Position numbers and translations under genes: made by a program
Assembly: GCF_006345805.1 (NCBI RefSeq)
Contig: NC_043004.1
Coordinates: 52,700,001-52,764,000, forward strand
Length of the DNA: 64,000 nucleotides
Direction: 5' to 3'
Origin: Octopus sinensis
Taxonomy: Eukaryota
Part shown: one piece after another, positions 1 through 12,248 of the stretch
Layout: every line of letters begins with the position of its first letter
Numbering within the stretch: the first letter of the stretch is position 1
The notes under the pieces: model-generated
The model's database searches: none
What the model saw: the letters and a program-made list of their open reading frames with translations, nothing else
Told to the model about the DNA's origin: nothing

Positions 1-50
1 AGGCGGACAGAACGGAGGACCGAACCCAGGTCCTGAACAAGAGTCCGGAG

Positions 51-1376
51 ATGTCCAGCCCAGAAAGAATAACAGCTTGCACGATGTCTAACCCCGAAAA
101 AACGGGTATACCCGGCTTTTCCTCGGATACCGACGAAGAGGAAAGCAGGGGAACCAAAACAGCGTTAAAAGTACGCAGGAATATAGATGTGCCAAACGTG
201 GCAAAGAAAATGTTGAACTTCGCCGAAAGCGGCAAGCCCCAAAGGAAGGAAGATAGATTTGACCAAACTAGAAGAAGTTAAGAAAACAGTATCCAGAAGC
301 GGGTACGAAATAAAACTACACCAGACACAAGAATCTCGTGAAGAGATAGAAAGGAAGACAATAGTGTACAAAACATACCGTAACAAAGAAAGGAAGATAG
401 ACTTTTCTTCGGAAAAGGAAGTGGAGCTATGCATGAAACCCATCTGGGAAAAAATTAAATTCTTAACCAGGGGTAAAAGATATGGTACGGTGGAAACCAG
501 GTTTTGAACAGAGGAGGAAGCAAGGGAGCAGTCCATGATTCCCCTGAGAACAGAGGCAATAACCCTTCTCCCTATCTATAGAGGGAGGCGCGTCTCGAGA
601 ATAACAATAACAAACATCCCGCCAGAGGTCGAGCCCGAGTAGATAGTGGCAGGAGTCACCGCAGGGCTAGAAGAAAAATTGGAAATACGAGACACCACTG
701 TCGAAGACGCCAAAAAGTGGCAGGAGCAGAAGGTGAGGATAACAATACAAGCCGAGCCGGACGTCTTAGAAGAAATAGGTGAGGTAATTGAAATCGGAGA
801 AAGCCGGATGGCGTAATGGTGGAGGGCCGGAAGCCCAGGTGTTTCACCTGTGGCAAGAAGGGACACATCAAGAAAGACTGCAAGCCGGCAGAGAAGGAGA
901 AGGATGAGCCCATAAAGCCAAGCTCTCAAGTGGCGGTAACGGAGACAACACCTGCACCAGAAGAAGGGGAGGGGTGGTCACAAGTTGCTGCTACAAAACG
1001 GAAACATAACAACCCCTCCCCGGAGAAAACCAAAAGCAGAGAGAAAAGGGAGGGGAAGAAAGCCAAGAAACCGGATAAAGAAAACAAGATATATGCTGCG
1101 TTGAACACCTCAAACAGAGGAGTGATGCGCAGAGTAGAGACGCAACACATCGAAGAAACGGAAGAAAAATGAGGAGATTGGAAGTGCTACGTGATGGGAC
1201 AGAGAGTGTTCAACACGTTAGCGAACGACTTCAGGAAAGATGTGTGCCCATCCAGAATGAGCAAAGAAGATGCCCTGAAAGATGTGGAAAGGAGCAGCAG
1301 CACGCCGATTCCACGGACCCTGGAAGCAGAAGAGACGGGTTTCCCCCGTCTGCCGGACCCAGACGAAACAAGGTAA
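51..1376 (+). pseudogene. ORF1 (gag-like nucleic-acid-binding protein) of the Tx1 element, disrupted
   Basis: Track ORFs 51-281, 259-507, 816-1172 and 1191-1376 join through frameshifts near 260 and 813 and stops at 505, 640 and 1170. Contains RRM-like VSRITITNIPPEV and zinc knuckle CFTCGKKGHIKKDC. Confidence 0.8.
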
Positions 1377-1383
1377 GCGAACT

Positions 1384-4300
1384 ATGGCTGTTCACGTTGG
1401 CTGTATAAATGTGCGCGGCCTGACAGCGAACTGGAAACAAGGTCGTTTACTAAATGATGTCAGGTCGCAGAATTTAAATGTAATTGTAGCTACTGAGACG
1501 CGAATCGAAGGGCCAAGAGATCTACTCCCGCTCCTGGATGGCTACGAGAAATTTATTTCTCCTTGCCGGCGGGGGGGTGGGAGTGGGGTGTTGGTCCTGT
1601 TTAAAAAAGATAGTGTCTCAGAGAAAAAGTTGATTTTTTCTGACTCAGAAGGTAGGCTGGCCGTCTTAGATCTGACGTTCAGTTGTGGTAAAGAAATCAG
1701 GCTGGTAGCAGTATACGCACCTAATTCGAGTCAGACTGATTTTTATCGAGACCTGGAGAAGTTTCTTGGCACGTCAAAATCCATAGTCATGCTAGGGGAC
1801 TTTAACGCCATAGTCGATGCGCGCGTCGATGGCGTTGGCTCAAAAGATAGAAAACCAAACCCTGGTTTCCGGGATCTACTGAGTCGCTTTCAGCTGGTAG
1901 ATCCCTACAGACTTGAATTCCTGAACGCTCCACAGTGGACGTGGTTAAGTGGCGACGGGACTGTCAGGTCCTACATAGACATAATTTTTATTAGAAAAAT
2001 AGATAAAGGGTTAGTTAAGTGTCCACAGTTTCACCTGGTCAGTTACAGCGATCACAAGATGGTCACTGGCGAACTGAACCTAGATAAGTTAGGTAGTAAG
2101 GGATTCGGCTATTGGAAACTCAATAAGTCCCTTCTGGCTATTGAGGAGTACAGAAACCGGATCGAGTTATTAGTGAAGAGGGCGTTAACCGGTTCCATTA
2201 TTAACAACAAATGGTGGTACGCCCTCAAAAGAGCCATCAAGTACGAGTCCGTTAGATACAGCATAGGTCTAGTAACTAGTGGGCGTAGGAAAGAGATGGG
2301 GCTAGTTAAGGCCTTAGAGGAAGCCATGAGATCTGGCGATGGAGCCCAGGTTAGGCTGAAGAGACTGGAGTTAAACCAGCACCTCGAAGCCAAACATATG
2401 GGTTGTATCGTCAGAGCTAGAATTCGCGCAATGGGGTGCGAGGGTATTAAGGCTGCCGGATGGGCACGAGTTGTTGAGGCTCAACGTGGAAACGATTCCA
2501 CAATTAAGTCTGTGACGAACGGGCAAGGCGATGTGATCACCGAACCAGAGGAGATGTGTCGGACGTTTCAGGAGCACTTCGCTCGGCTTTTCGGTGGCGA
2601 CGGCGGGCCGGAGGAGAGGGTGGACCTTACGGACATCCTCGCCGGGTTGCCGCGCCTCTCGGGGCAGGACGCGGAGAGCTGTGAAGAGTCGATCTCGCCT
2701 GAGGAGATAGCTGAGGTCTTGGTCGACTGCGGTGAAGGTAGGGCGCCGGGAATTGATGGTTTACCTTACGAGCTATATAAAAGAATGCCAGACTTGTTCG
2801 GGAACGTGCTGGCCGGCGTTTTCGCGAACTGGTGGCAGAATGGGTTCATTCCCAGATCTGTACGTCGGGGAGTGGTGACGCTGATCAGAAAGGACCCGAG
2901 CAAGGGGGACAGCATAGAAAACTTTCGGCCCATCACTCTGCTAAACACAGAGGTGAAGATCTTGGCCAAGGTGCTAGCGAAAAGGTTGACGCGTGTCGCG
3001 GGTGGTCTGATCGGGGAGGCACAAACTTGTGCGGTCCCCGGAAGAACCATCCAGGACAATCTTCACCTAGTACGCTACACCATAGAGGGGTTTGGGAATG
3101 ACTCTGGCAAAGGTGGGGCACTGGTCCATTTAGACCAGAGTAAAGCGTTTGATAGGGTGAACCATCGGTACCTGGTGTCCGTGCTGGCGCAGTTCGGTCT
3201 GGGTGTTGGCTTCCTCAGGTGGATCATACAATTGTACGATAACATCGACTCGATCGTTCGGGTGAATGGCTTCTTGTCGAAGCCGTTCCGCATCAGACGG
3301 TCTGTTCGTCAAGGGTGTCCGCTCTCCCCGATTTTGTATGTGATGGCTCTCGAGCCATTGCTGCGAAAGCTGAGCGCCATCCCGATGAATCCAGGAGGTG
3401 GAGGATCTGTAACATCGTATGCGGACGACATCACCATCATCGTGACCGAGGTGGAACTCCTACGTAATATGGGAGATGCCATCAAGGTTTACGAGACGGC
3501 GACAGGAGCAAAGATTAACCGGGAAAAATCGGTCGGCTTGCAACTCGGCACCTGGAGGGGCAAGTCGATGCCTTCGAATAGCATCGTGGGATGCTGGACG
3601 GAGGGCCCGGTTAAGCTGCTAGGGATCTGGTTTGGTCCAGATCTCCAGATAGAAAAGAACTGGTCTGAGGTGTCGAGCAAGGTGGCTCACGCGGTCGGGA
3701 CTTGGTCCGGACGGTGGCTATCCTTGAAAGGGAGGGTGGAGGTGGCCAATGTGTTTTTAGCATCGGTCACCACCTACCGCCTAACCGTCGTCCCTTGTCC
3801 GGATTCGTGGTTAAGCAATTTGGAGAGGCAGATCTTCCACTTTTTGTGGAAGGGAAGCACTCCTCTTGTAAGACGTTCTATTTGCTGTCAGAAACCGTTA
3901 AAGGGTGGCTTAGGGATGCCTTGGCTGTTGATGCGCAGACATGCGCTGAGGTTAAGGCATCTTTGGCTCTACCTGGATGGTGAACGGGTGTAGTCCCCGC
4001 TTGCGAGGCAGATGTTCCCCAGCTTTGTCAGTTTCGGTGGCAGATAAACCTGGTATCGTCGTAGACTTAGATCGAGCATGTGGTATTCGGAGTGCCATAA
4101 GGCACTCTGCCACTTCCGCAAGTCGGGCAATGCCGGCGGCTTTGGTACCACCGCAGCTTTCTATATCAGGTTGATAGAGGCCGGAAATGACGATGCCTCA
4201 GGAAGGACCTTGGGCCTCGATCGAATTCAGTTAGACAGCCTGTTCCGAAGGACGTTCGGGCCGAAGACATTGGATAACTTCCAGAAGTCTTTGACCTGGC

Positions 4301-4770
4301 AATGTTTCAGAGGAGCTTTACCCGTTCGGGATAAACTCACAAGGCATGGTTGGAGTGGACCATCGAACTGTCCAAGATGCGAGCGGGATCTGGAAACAGT
4401 CTCGCACGCTATTGTTCAGTGTCCGGAAGTCTCGGACGTGTGGGTATATGCGGAACACCTGTTGTCAGACGGAAGAAGAGTACAGCTATCGGCTGAGACA
4501 ATTATAAAAATTGACTCGCCTAGCTTTTTGACAAGTGAAGGTAAGCATTGCTTTCTCAGTACAGTAGCGGTAGCGAAAGAGTGTATATGGAAGACTAGAA
4601 TGAAAGTTGTAAAGACAGGCACCATGATCTCTGGCTCCGCCTTGGTGACCTTTTTCAGGTTCCACCTAAAAAGAAAGGTGGAGTTAGAGAAAAGGTGTCT
4701 GTCTGCGTGTGAGTTTGACAAAAGATGGAAACGTGTGGCACGATTGCTGCGAGTGAAAGGGGCCACATGA
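1384..4770 (+). pseudogene. ORF2 (AP endonuclease, reverse transcriptase, C-terminal CCHC) of the Tx1 element, with two premature stops
   Basis: APE motifs INVRGL, TETR, VYAPN, GDFNA, SDH. Tx1-typical GYWKLNKSLL. RT motifs PGIDG, FRPITLLN, KAFDRV, RQGCPLSP, YADD. C-terminal CPRC-x-H-x-C. Track ORFs 1282-3993 and 4078-4770 are in one frame, separated by TAG 3991 and TAA 4045. Confidence 0.95.
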
Positions 4771-5224
4771 ACACGCTGTAAGTTGGCTGCCGAGTTTCGG
4801 TGGGAAAAACAGGGCTCGTGGGGGATCTGGTGTTCCCACTTCATGTGTCGTTTTTATGTTGTGCTGTAAAAATTTGTGTATCATTCGATCCTTCGATTTT
4901 TGTTTTCAATTTCTTATAATAATTTTTTAAAGATCATTTATATGTAAATTTCATCTGTATTCATGATGTATTGTCCCACTCTTCGTTAGCCCCTTGTGGG
5001 TAATAAAGAAATATTGATATATAATCTATGATATTCTAGTAGGTTTCAAGTTTATAACACCTTGATATCTCATGTTATCTCATTTTATATGCCTAAGACA
5101 TTTATTTTTCTATTTTGGTTTTTATATATTTCTATACATTATATTTGTATCCATAATTTATTTTAAGCCGAATCATAATACGATCCTTGTACAAACGAAA
5201 GAACAAGAATGTCCTCTGGAACTT

Positions 5225-5281
5225 CCGACCCGACCCGACCCGACCAGACCCGACCCGACCAGACCCGACCCGACCCGACCC
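5225..5281. repeat. (CCGAC)n pentanucleotide microsatellite
   Basis: About 11 units, with two CAGAC variants. Confidence 0.95.
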
Positions 5282-5934
5282 TCATATATGTATATATATA
5301 TATGCATTTCAATTTTGAACGATATATTCCATATTGTTTCATTCAGACAAACTTGTCAACTCACTAATTAATTTTTAATTGACAATTAATCACGTTCAAT
5401 GGAAGTGCCTCACTTTCAGATTTGCTGAATGTGTATTTTTGATATATACTTGTAGATATATCTATGTGTGTGTTTATGCGTGTACATATATGTGTGTTTG
5501 TGTTTACATATACATACAAATGTGTGTTTGTGAATTTTTGTTTCTCTTGTGTCCCTTTATTTATGCAGACGCACATAGATAGATACCCTCCCACACACAC
5601 ACAAATATGCATATATATCTATGGGCGTCTACAGTCATATTGAAGATGTTCGTGTACACTCGGAAACACAAAAACACTTGAATATAATTGTGTTCATCAT
5701 TTCTTTCAACGCTAATCAGTGTACCTCCAATCAATTAATTCAAACTTTACAAAACTTCGCTCACATCAGTAAATGCACCATTTACTGTTCCTATAACCCC
5801 CCCTCTTTGTTGCTGTTTTTTTTTTTTTTTTTACTTTGAATGACCACTCGGTGTCCGTAGCAGAGAAAGAGTATTGACCTAGAAGGGCTTGTGGCCTACA
5901 ATTAAATGTGACGTTTTAATAAGGTTCAAATTTT

Positions 5935-6135
5935 TACCCAAGGCCAATAAATCTGGGGAAAAAATGGTAATTCGTTTACATGGACCGCTGTGTTCAGCTT
6001 GAACTTATTTTATCGACCCCTAAAAGATGAAAGAGATGGTCGACCTCGGCAGAATTTGAATTCAAATAGTAAGTACGGACGAAATGCCACTCAGGATTTT
6101 GTGCGGCATGCTTACATTACTGCCTGCTCGCTGAC
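5935..6135 (-). mobile_element. Degenerate SINE, family B-like
   Basis: Reverse complement contains TTCAAATTCTGCCGAGGTCGAC...TTTCATCTTTT.GGGGTCGATAAAATAAG, as in the family B copies at 13883 and 37358. Confidence 0.7.
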
Positions 6136-6376
6136 TTATGCTTATTAATATTAAAAGACTGTTTCCTTTCGAAATAATTTCTGTAGCGTAGGTTTTCCAC
6201 ATTCAAGTGGACACGAACGTTTCTAATACAATTGTACACGCCAAAATTAGTTCAACGTTCCTAAATAGTCCCCAAATCAATATATATACACTCACGGTTG
6301 AATTTGACATGTACCTGTGTGTTTTGCACGATTTATTCGAATTTCGCCAATTCCATTCTACCACTTTCACATACTA

Positions 6377-6765
6377 GGCCTAGGCGTGGTTGTGTAGTAA
6401 GAAGTTTCCTTACCAACCACATGGTTCTGGGTTCAAACCCACTGCGTGGCACCTTGGGCGATTGTCTTCTACAAAAGCCTTGTGAGTGGATTTGGTAGAC
6501 GGAAACTGAAAGAAGCCTTTCGTATGTATAATATATATAGTTGTGTGTGTGTGGTGGGTACGAGTGTACCTTTGCGTCTCTGTGGTTTTGACAACTGTTG
6601 TTGAAGTGTTTACGCCCCCGTAACTTAGCAGTTCGGGAAAATAGAATAAATACCGGGCTTAAAACATAAAATAATATTTGGAGTCGATTGATTCGAATAC
6701 AAATTCTTCAACGCGGTGCCCCAGCTTGGCCGCAGTCTAACAACTGAAACAAGTAAAAGCTTAGA
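6377..6765 (+). mobile_element. tRNA-derived SINE, family A, with internal TA/TG microsatellite
   Basis: Box A/B-like head GGCGTGGTTGTGTAGTAAG...GGTTCAAACCC, body GGTAGACGGAAACTGAAAGAAGCC, tail GGTGCCCCAGC.TGGCCGCAG...CTGAAACAAGTAAAAG. Matches the other family A copies. Confidence 0.9.
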
Positions 6766-7240
6766 ATAAAACTAGACTAAAGTGTACACCACCAAATTAG
6801 ACATCAGATCCAAGACCATTACATATTCGTTTAGATAGCTGCAGTCTTGCAGTTCACACGAGCCCTTAATGATGTTGCTCTAGATAAACTATATCGATAG
6901 GAGCATGTAGCCATGGTTAGATTGTCTCTGAGCACGATCAAACAGAAGAAGGGGAAACGTAGGTTAATAACATCGTGATTATCTTCATCCACAAAAGGGA
7001 TGAGTACAATGAACAGTTAGACATATACATATTTCTGCTATGCGTACGACGAACTTCCGGTTAGAGAACAGGAACCGCTCACCTACATAAATGGGTATCC
7101 ACAGATTTATTGTTTCTCAACTCATTGTCTCATTAAAGTATATGACAAACTCGGGGTGGGAGTGAGAAAGACAGAGAAAGAGAGAGTGCGTGTTTGTGTT
7201 TGTGAAATATACACTTATACAGACAGACAGACAGACAGAC

Positions 7241-8001
7241 ATGTTTCTTTATTGGTGACATAGGGCTGAACACAGAGTGGACAACATACAAAGTAGAGCT
7301 TTTCTTTTAGGGAAGAGACGGAAAAAAGGGTGTTTGAAATTCGATCAAAAGGGATCGTAAAAAAACAAACAAAGGCCGATCAATAGGGACCGTGTGTCAC
7401 AGAAATGTCAGTGTAAAAAGGGGAAACAGATTAGGTTTATCCATGGAAAGAAAAGCCTATGGAATAGACCACGGTAACCTCGGGCAATAATGTCATTAAA
7501 AAAAGCATAACAGTAAGTGACTCTTTTTTCCCCTTTCTTCTTTTGGTTCATAGGATTATGCTCAAGCTGGCTTCGTCAATCACACGCGCCATACTTGCTT
7601 CATTCACCCATCTTTTTTTGAAACGTTCACTAGACAAAACTTCCCTCTCTACTCTCAGCTTCCTCTTCAAGTGATACTTGAAGAAGTTGGTGAGAGATTG
7701 ACCAAAGAGGAAAGTGTTTGTCTCCAATCCTTTCAGACGCGTCAACCATACACATTCTTTCGGCTTAGACACAGGTACGATGAAAATGGCTCTTCCTTCC
7801 AGTTTCAAGGAGACGAGATGCGGCAAAGCGTGCCTCACAAACGGCGACCACACCTGTTCACCGTCGTCTACGTAGAGCCGGAGATGTCGCAGTCCCAGCG
7901 CGTGTCTGCGCATCATCAACAACAGCATGCCCAGCCCTCCTTTTAACGGGTGTTGGCAGCAAATGGATCGCCTAACCATCGGGATGCATCCTTTCCACAA
8001 A
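7241..8001 (-). mobile_element. 5'-truncated, internally deleted Tx1 LINE fragment (second subfamily)
   Basis: Translates LWKGCIPMVRRSICCQHPLKGGLG...KECVW...FKKRW, homologous to the ORF2 C-terminus. Highly similar to 41215-42562. 3' end CAGCCCTATGTCACCAATAAAGAAACAT is followed by (GTCT)n. Confidence 0.92.
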
Positions 8002-9249
8002 CATACAAATATAAACACGCACCCACAGACGCACACATACACACACGCGAACATATACACACACATGCGCACACACAACACCCCAACAAATATTAATCAC
8101 ACACATACACACACACACAAACGTGCACATATGTACACACAATCCCACCAAACGTTGGTAAGCAAAATTCTTTGCATGTAGTCACGCCTGAGTCTGTAAG
8201 CCACGTGAAAAAGGAACTACGGGAAGAATTTATCTCGTTCTGTGGCTGGTTGACAAACGAGTAAGGACCTGTGCTTCTCGAAATGTGCAGATTCATACAG
8301 TGTACGTAAGATAAACAAATAGACGAATGCAGCTTTATGTGCTTAGTCAAAAAACTAGGTATGCAATAAGGCGAGAAGATGAGTTAGCGTCTCTCACACT
8401 AGTCAAACGTCTCATACCACTGGGTCAACCTAGGAAAATTACTTCCAATTTTGACATAACATATTTGCAGCAAAAATAGGCAACTTACAAGCGGTTAGAC
8501 GACCAAAAATTATAGGTGTTTCAGTTTGGTTTGCATAGAGAAGCCGGACCGAATGACCTCTGTAAACCACAGGGTTATGCCGGAGTTCAAGGAAATCGGA
8601 GCAAGATAGAAATATTTCAATGCTTATTTTGCTTGACACAATTTTCAAAGTAATAGTTATTCACGACTTAAACACGGATATTCCGTTAGGTATATTATAT
8701 TGCTGGCGGGGAGTCGAGTCACTGCTATATTCAGCGGTGGAGCGTCCAGCATTAATGAGACCAAATATGGCTGAAATTTTACGAGATCTGGTGGTCTTGG
8801 CGCTGGATTTGGTAGGGATTTATCTCCCCGTTAGTGTCATGAACGAGCGTGCATTTTGTACCGAAAGCCTATATAAAAGTTTCTCTCAAGTTTTTTACCA
8901 CATTAAAATCTGTTCTAATAGGACATCCACGGTTAAGTGGAGATAAATATTAACCCGCAGTAATGATGCTGCCCCTATCGATTATATAATATAATATATA
9001 TATATATATTATATATATATATATCGAGTCACTTTTAAAGTGACACAGTCACTAATCTAAAAAGAGAAACAATTTTAAGTCTCTGAGCGAGAAGTAGTAA
9101 CAGTATTACAGAGTAAAATCAATTTGCCAACGTAAATTGGCAGTCCTGATTAGGACGATGTTACTGCTTATTTAGCCCCAGGAAAACATCTTTGTCAGCT
9201 GTCTCCCGACGCACAACTGCATCCTTATACCACTCAGCTTTAGATGGTA

Positions 9250-9294
9250 TCTGCGGACCATAGTTTCTGGGCTATTTGGCATCATCAGCACAGA
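9250..9294 (-). ncRNA. Type I minimal hammerhead ribozyme motif
   Basis: UCUGUG-CUGAUGA-(UGCCAAAUAGCCCA)-GAAAC-UAUG-GUC/CGCAGA. Complete core, GUC triplet, 6-bp stem I and short stem III. Stem II is weak. Confidence 0.75.
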
Positions 9295-9511
9295 ATAACC
9301 GTTGGCTAGATATGACAGCACTAGGCCTTGTTCGAGGTATAAACTTTTAAAGTGACACATATTCACTGATCTCATAAAGACGAAAACAATTAGTTTTAAG
9401 TCTCTGAGCGAGAAGTAAGTAGCAACCGTACTATAGATTAAAATCTATTTGCCAACGTAAAGTATATACCTCGAACAATGCCTAGTGCAGCTATCTCTAG
9501 CCAACGGTTAC

Positions 9512-9556
9512 TCTGTGCCGATGAAGAGAAATAACCCAGAAACCCAGGTACCGTTT
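9512..9556 (+). ncRNA. Decayed hammerhead motif (second gamma copy)
   Basis: UCUGUG-CCGAUGA-AGAGAAAUAACCCA-GAAAC-CCAG-GUA. U4 is changed to C and stems I and II are eroded. Confidence 0.55.
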
Positions 9557-9789
9557 AAGGTTGATCGGGGTCAGTGGCTCCCTTGTTCGAGGTGTACGGG
9601 CGCAGTTGTACGTCGGTAGTACACTTTTACTCTGTAGTACTCTTACTACTTACTTCTCCATCAGAGTTTTAAAACTAATTGTTTTTCTCTTTAATATATA
9701 ACTTTTCAATTATATATCGTAAAATACCTGAAGTACCGGAGTTGGAATAATCATTTTGTTTTTTCAACGTAAATGTGAAGTCACGCGAT

Positions 9790-10075
9790 AACTATGAAGA
9801 TGATGATAGGAAGGGGAGAGGGTGGTACTGAAGAAACTAATGGAATTGACGATGATGATGAAAATGACAATGATTACTGCCATCAGAATAACGACGTCGA
9901 AGACGATGATGATAATAATGATGGAGAGAAGAGCCGAAGGATTAACAATGATGACGGTGATGATGGTGACGACGACGACGATGATGATGATGACTAAAAC
10001 TACTGCTGCTAATGATGATGATGATGATGATGGCGATGACAATGATGATGGTGAAAATGACAGATGTGTCTTTAC
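9790..10075. repeat. Cryptic (GAT/GAC)n triplet repeat region
   Basis: Runs of GATGAT/GACGAC that produce the poly-Asp and poly-Ile pseudo-ORFs. Confidence 0.9.
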
Positions 10076-10340
10076 CGTTGTTATTCAATGATTTTTCTAC
10101 CAGAAATTATTAATAAACTAAAAAAAAAAAAAAAAAACTAAAAGGAAAAGCCGTATCTAATTAATAATTGTCTTAAGCCACAATTTATAATTAGAAAAAT
10201 ACTTCCTTATACATTTCTTCATCCTCTTACTCTCATTTAGCTCACCCAACTCTCTGGCTTTCTCCTATGACTTCTCTCTCTTTTATTCTTTACAACTGTT
10301 CGTCTACTTGGTTTTTAAGTTTTTTCTCCTCTATTTCAAC

Positions 10341-10370
<30 letters not shown>

Positions 10371-10373
<3 letters not shown>

Positions 10374-10926
10374 GCCCTGATGCGGTACCAGGCAGTGGCT
10401 CTCATGGCTTCTGATCTTAACTGATTGGAAGTGTTATCATGTACATTGTTTTGTCTTGGTATAAAAGATGGGCTACAGCAAATATTCTGCTCAATACCAC
10501 AGATTTGCTTGTCAGTTGTTTGACCTTAACCAGTTGAGCATGTGCCTTAGTGGCTGATGATATGTGCATCTCTGATCATGAGCAGAAGTAGTTGGGGAGC
10601 ATCATAGCCATGTGTTGAGAGGGATTCTTTGGGGTTTTAATAATTCACCTCTGGAAACATGGGTGGTTCTTTCAACATCCTTAAACAATCTTTATTCAGG
10701 GACCTTTTGAGCGGGATGCGCTACTCAACCTGAAGAAAATTCTAACTGGGCCCCACCTGCAAGGTCATGTGCTGTTTATCTTGATATGAGATCACCATGT
10801 CGCGCACATATGGTTGTGATGCATGTGCCTGGTGTACCTTTATTAGACGAGTAGTCATGATGGGTATACTGGGCTTCGTATATTTTACCCCAGTGTCACT
10901 TTGATGGCATGAACTGCTTCTCACTC
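10371..10926 (-). mobile_element. Dispersed retroelement fragment with (ATT)n tail, family unassigned
   Basis: Complex, higher-GC block between (AAT)n tracts. The minus strand ends ...GCATCAGGGCATTT-(ATT)n, like a non-LTR 3' end. Only one copy in the window. Confidence 0.45.
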
Positions 10927-11013
10927 AATAATAATAACAATAATAACAATAATAACAATAATAATGATAATGATGATGATCATCATCATCATTATCTCCT
11001 CCTCCCACTACTA

Positions 11014-11044
<31 letters not shown>

Positions 11045-11165
11045 CACTACTACTACTACTACTACTAGTATCTATGCTACTACTGCTACTGACGCTACTG
11101 AGGCTACTGCCGCTACCTCCATCATCGCCGCCTCTGCAGCCGCCACCTCCACCACCGCTGCAGGC
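10927..11165. repeat. Compound triplet microsatellite (AAT/GAT/CAT/CTA/CTG/CCG)
   Basis: Successive triplet runs are visible directly. Confidence 0.9.
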
Positions 11166-11521
11166 GCCTAACGTTTCTGTCCGCTCACCGACTTAATCGT
11201 TACAAAAATAAAATACGCTGTAAGTCGAGTCGATGGTTGATGACCTGGAACTAAGGCAAAATATCGGCCCTAATGTTTCCCCATGGACAGCCCTAAACTC
11301 TTCAACAATATCGTTAATATCATCACCATAATGTAAACCCTAATATTCGTCATTGTCGTCGTAAAAAAAGCGTCCGTCTATGTTCCACATAAAAAGTTAA
11401 TACTTGCGTAGGACAGGCAAATCCGGTTATTTTATCTTCGATTCAAGATTTATAATTCTTATTCACACGTCTATGAACAAGTGTTGTTGTTGTTCTCTGC
11501 TGCTATAAAAAGTAACAATGT

Positions 11522-11850
11522 GTAGCAGCGTGGCATAGTGGTTAGGGAATTCGACTCACAACCGTAAGGTCGTGAGTTTGATTCCCGGAGACGTGTTTGA
11601 TCCTTAAGCAAGACACTTTATTTCCCGTTACTCCAGTCCACTCATCTGGCAAAAATAAATTGTACCTATATTTCAAAGGCCCGTCCTTATCACACTCTGT
11701 GCCAAAATGAATTTCTCTGAGAACTATGTTATGCATACGCGTGTCTGTGGAATGCTAAGCCAGTTGCACATGAATTTCACGAGCAGGCTGTTCCGTTAAT
11801 CGGATCAGCCGGATCCTCGTCGTTATGACCGACTGAGTCTCAGTTATTTA
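11522..11850 (+). mobile_element. tRNA-derived SINE with CORE/V/Meta-like central domain
   Basis: Head GCGTGGCATAGTGGTTAGGG...GTGAGTTTGATTCCC (box A/B), then TCCTTAAGCAAGACACTT...CTCCAGTCCACTCA.CTG. Confidence 0.75.
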
Positions 11851-12217
11851 AAGTTGGTAAAATTGCGAAAGATTTTTTTTCCTTCTGAATTTTCATTTGT
11901 TTTTATATATTTTGCCATTTCGATCTAAGTTTTTCAATTTGTGGTGTAGTTCATCTTCATCCTCTGTTTGTTTTATCTGTTGTAATATTTAAGTTTTTAT
12001 TGGAGCGTGCGCAAATTGTATTTTCTTTTTATACTTGTCGGCAATTTCACATGAAGATATAAAAGCATCAATATTGAAAGATCGTGTGCATATGTGTGAG
12101 TGTGTGTGTGTCTGTGTATATATATATATATATACACGCATGTACTTATATGTATGCATATATATATTTACGTACTTGTCAGTCTATCTATCTATATATA
12201 ACATATATATAATTATA

Positions 12218-12248
<31 letters not shown>

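Larger units (their letters stand above)
1..5012 (+). mobile_element. Tx1-clade (L1 group) non-LTR retrotransposon, near full length, inactivated; 5' end may lie outside the window
   Basis: gag-like ORF1 with a CCHC knuckle, then an APE-RT-zinc finger ORF2 starting 7 bp after the ORF1 stop. T-rich 3' UTR ends GCCCCTTGTGGGTAATAAAGAAAT at about 4989-5012. Confidence 0.93.
9024..9700. mobile_element. Head-to-head pair of a hammerhead-bearing short element (family gamma; PLE pLTR or retrozyme-like)
   Basis: Minus copy 9024-9461 is about 1.4 tandem units (9028-9135 repeated at 9343-9461). Plus copy spans 9462-9700. 9265-9342 is inverted at 9462-9543. (TA)n lies on the left flank. Confidence 0.7.

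Noticed and set aside
165-4884. Antisense and alternative-frame ORFs over the Tx1 element, and similar ones over the CR1, PLE and SINE copies
   Set aside because: These are shadow frames of TE sequence with no independent motifs.
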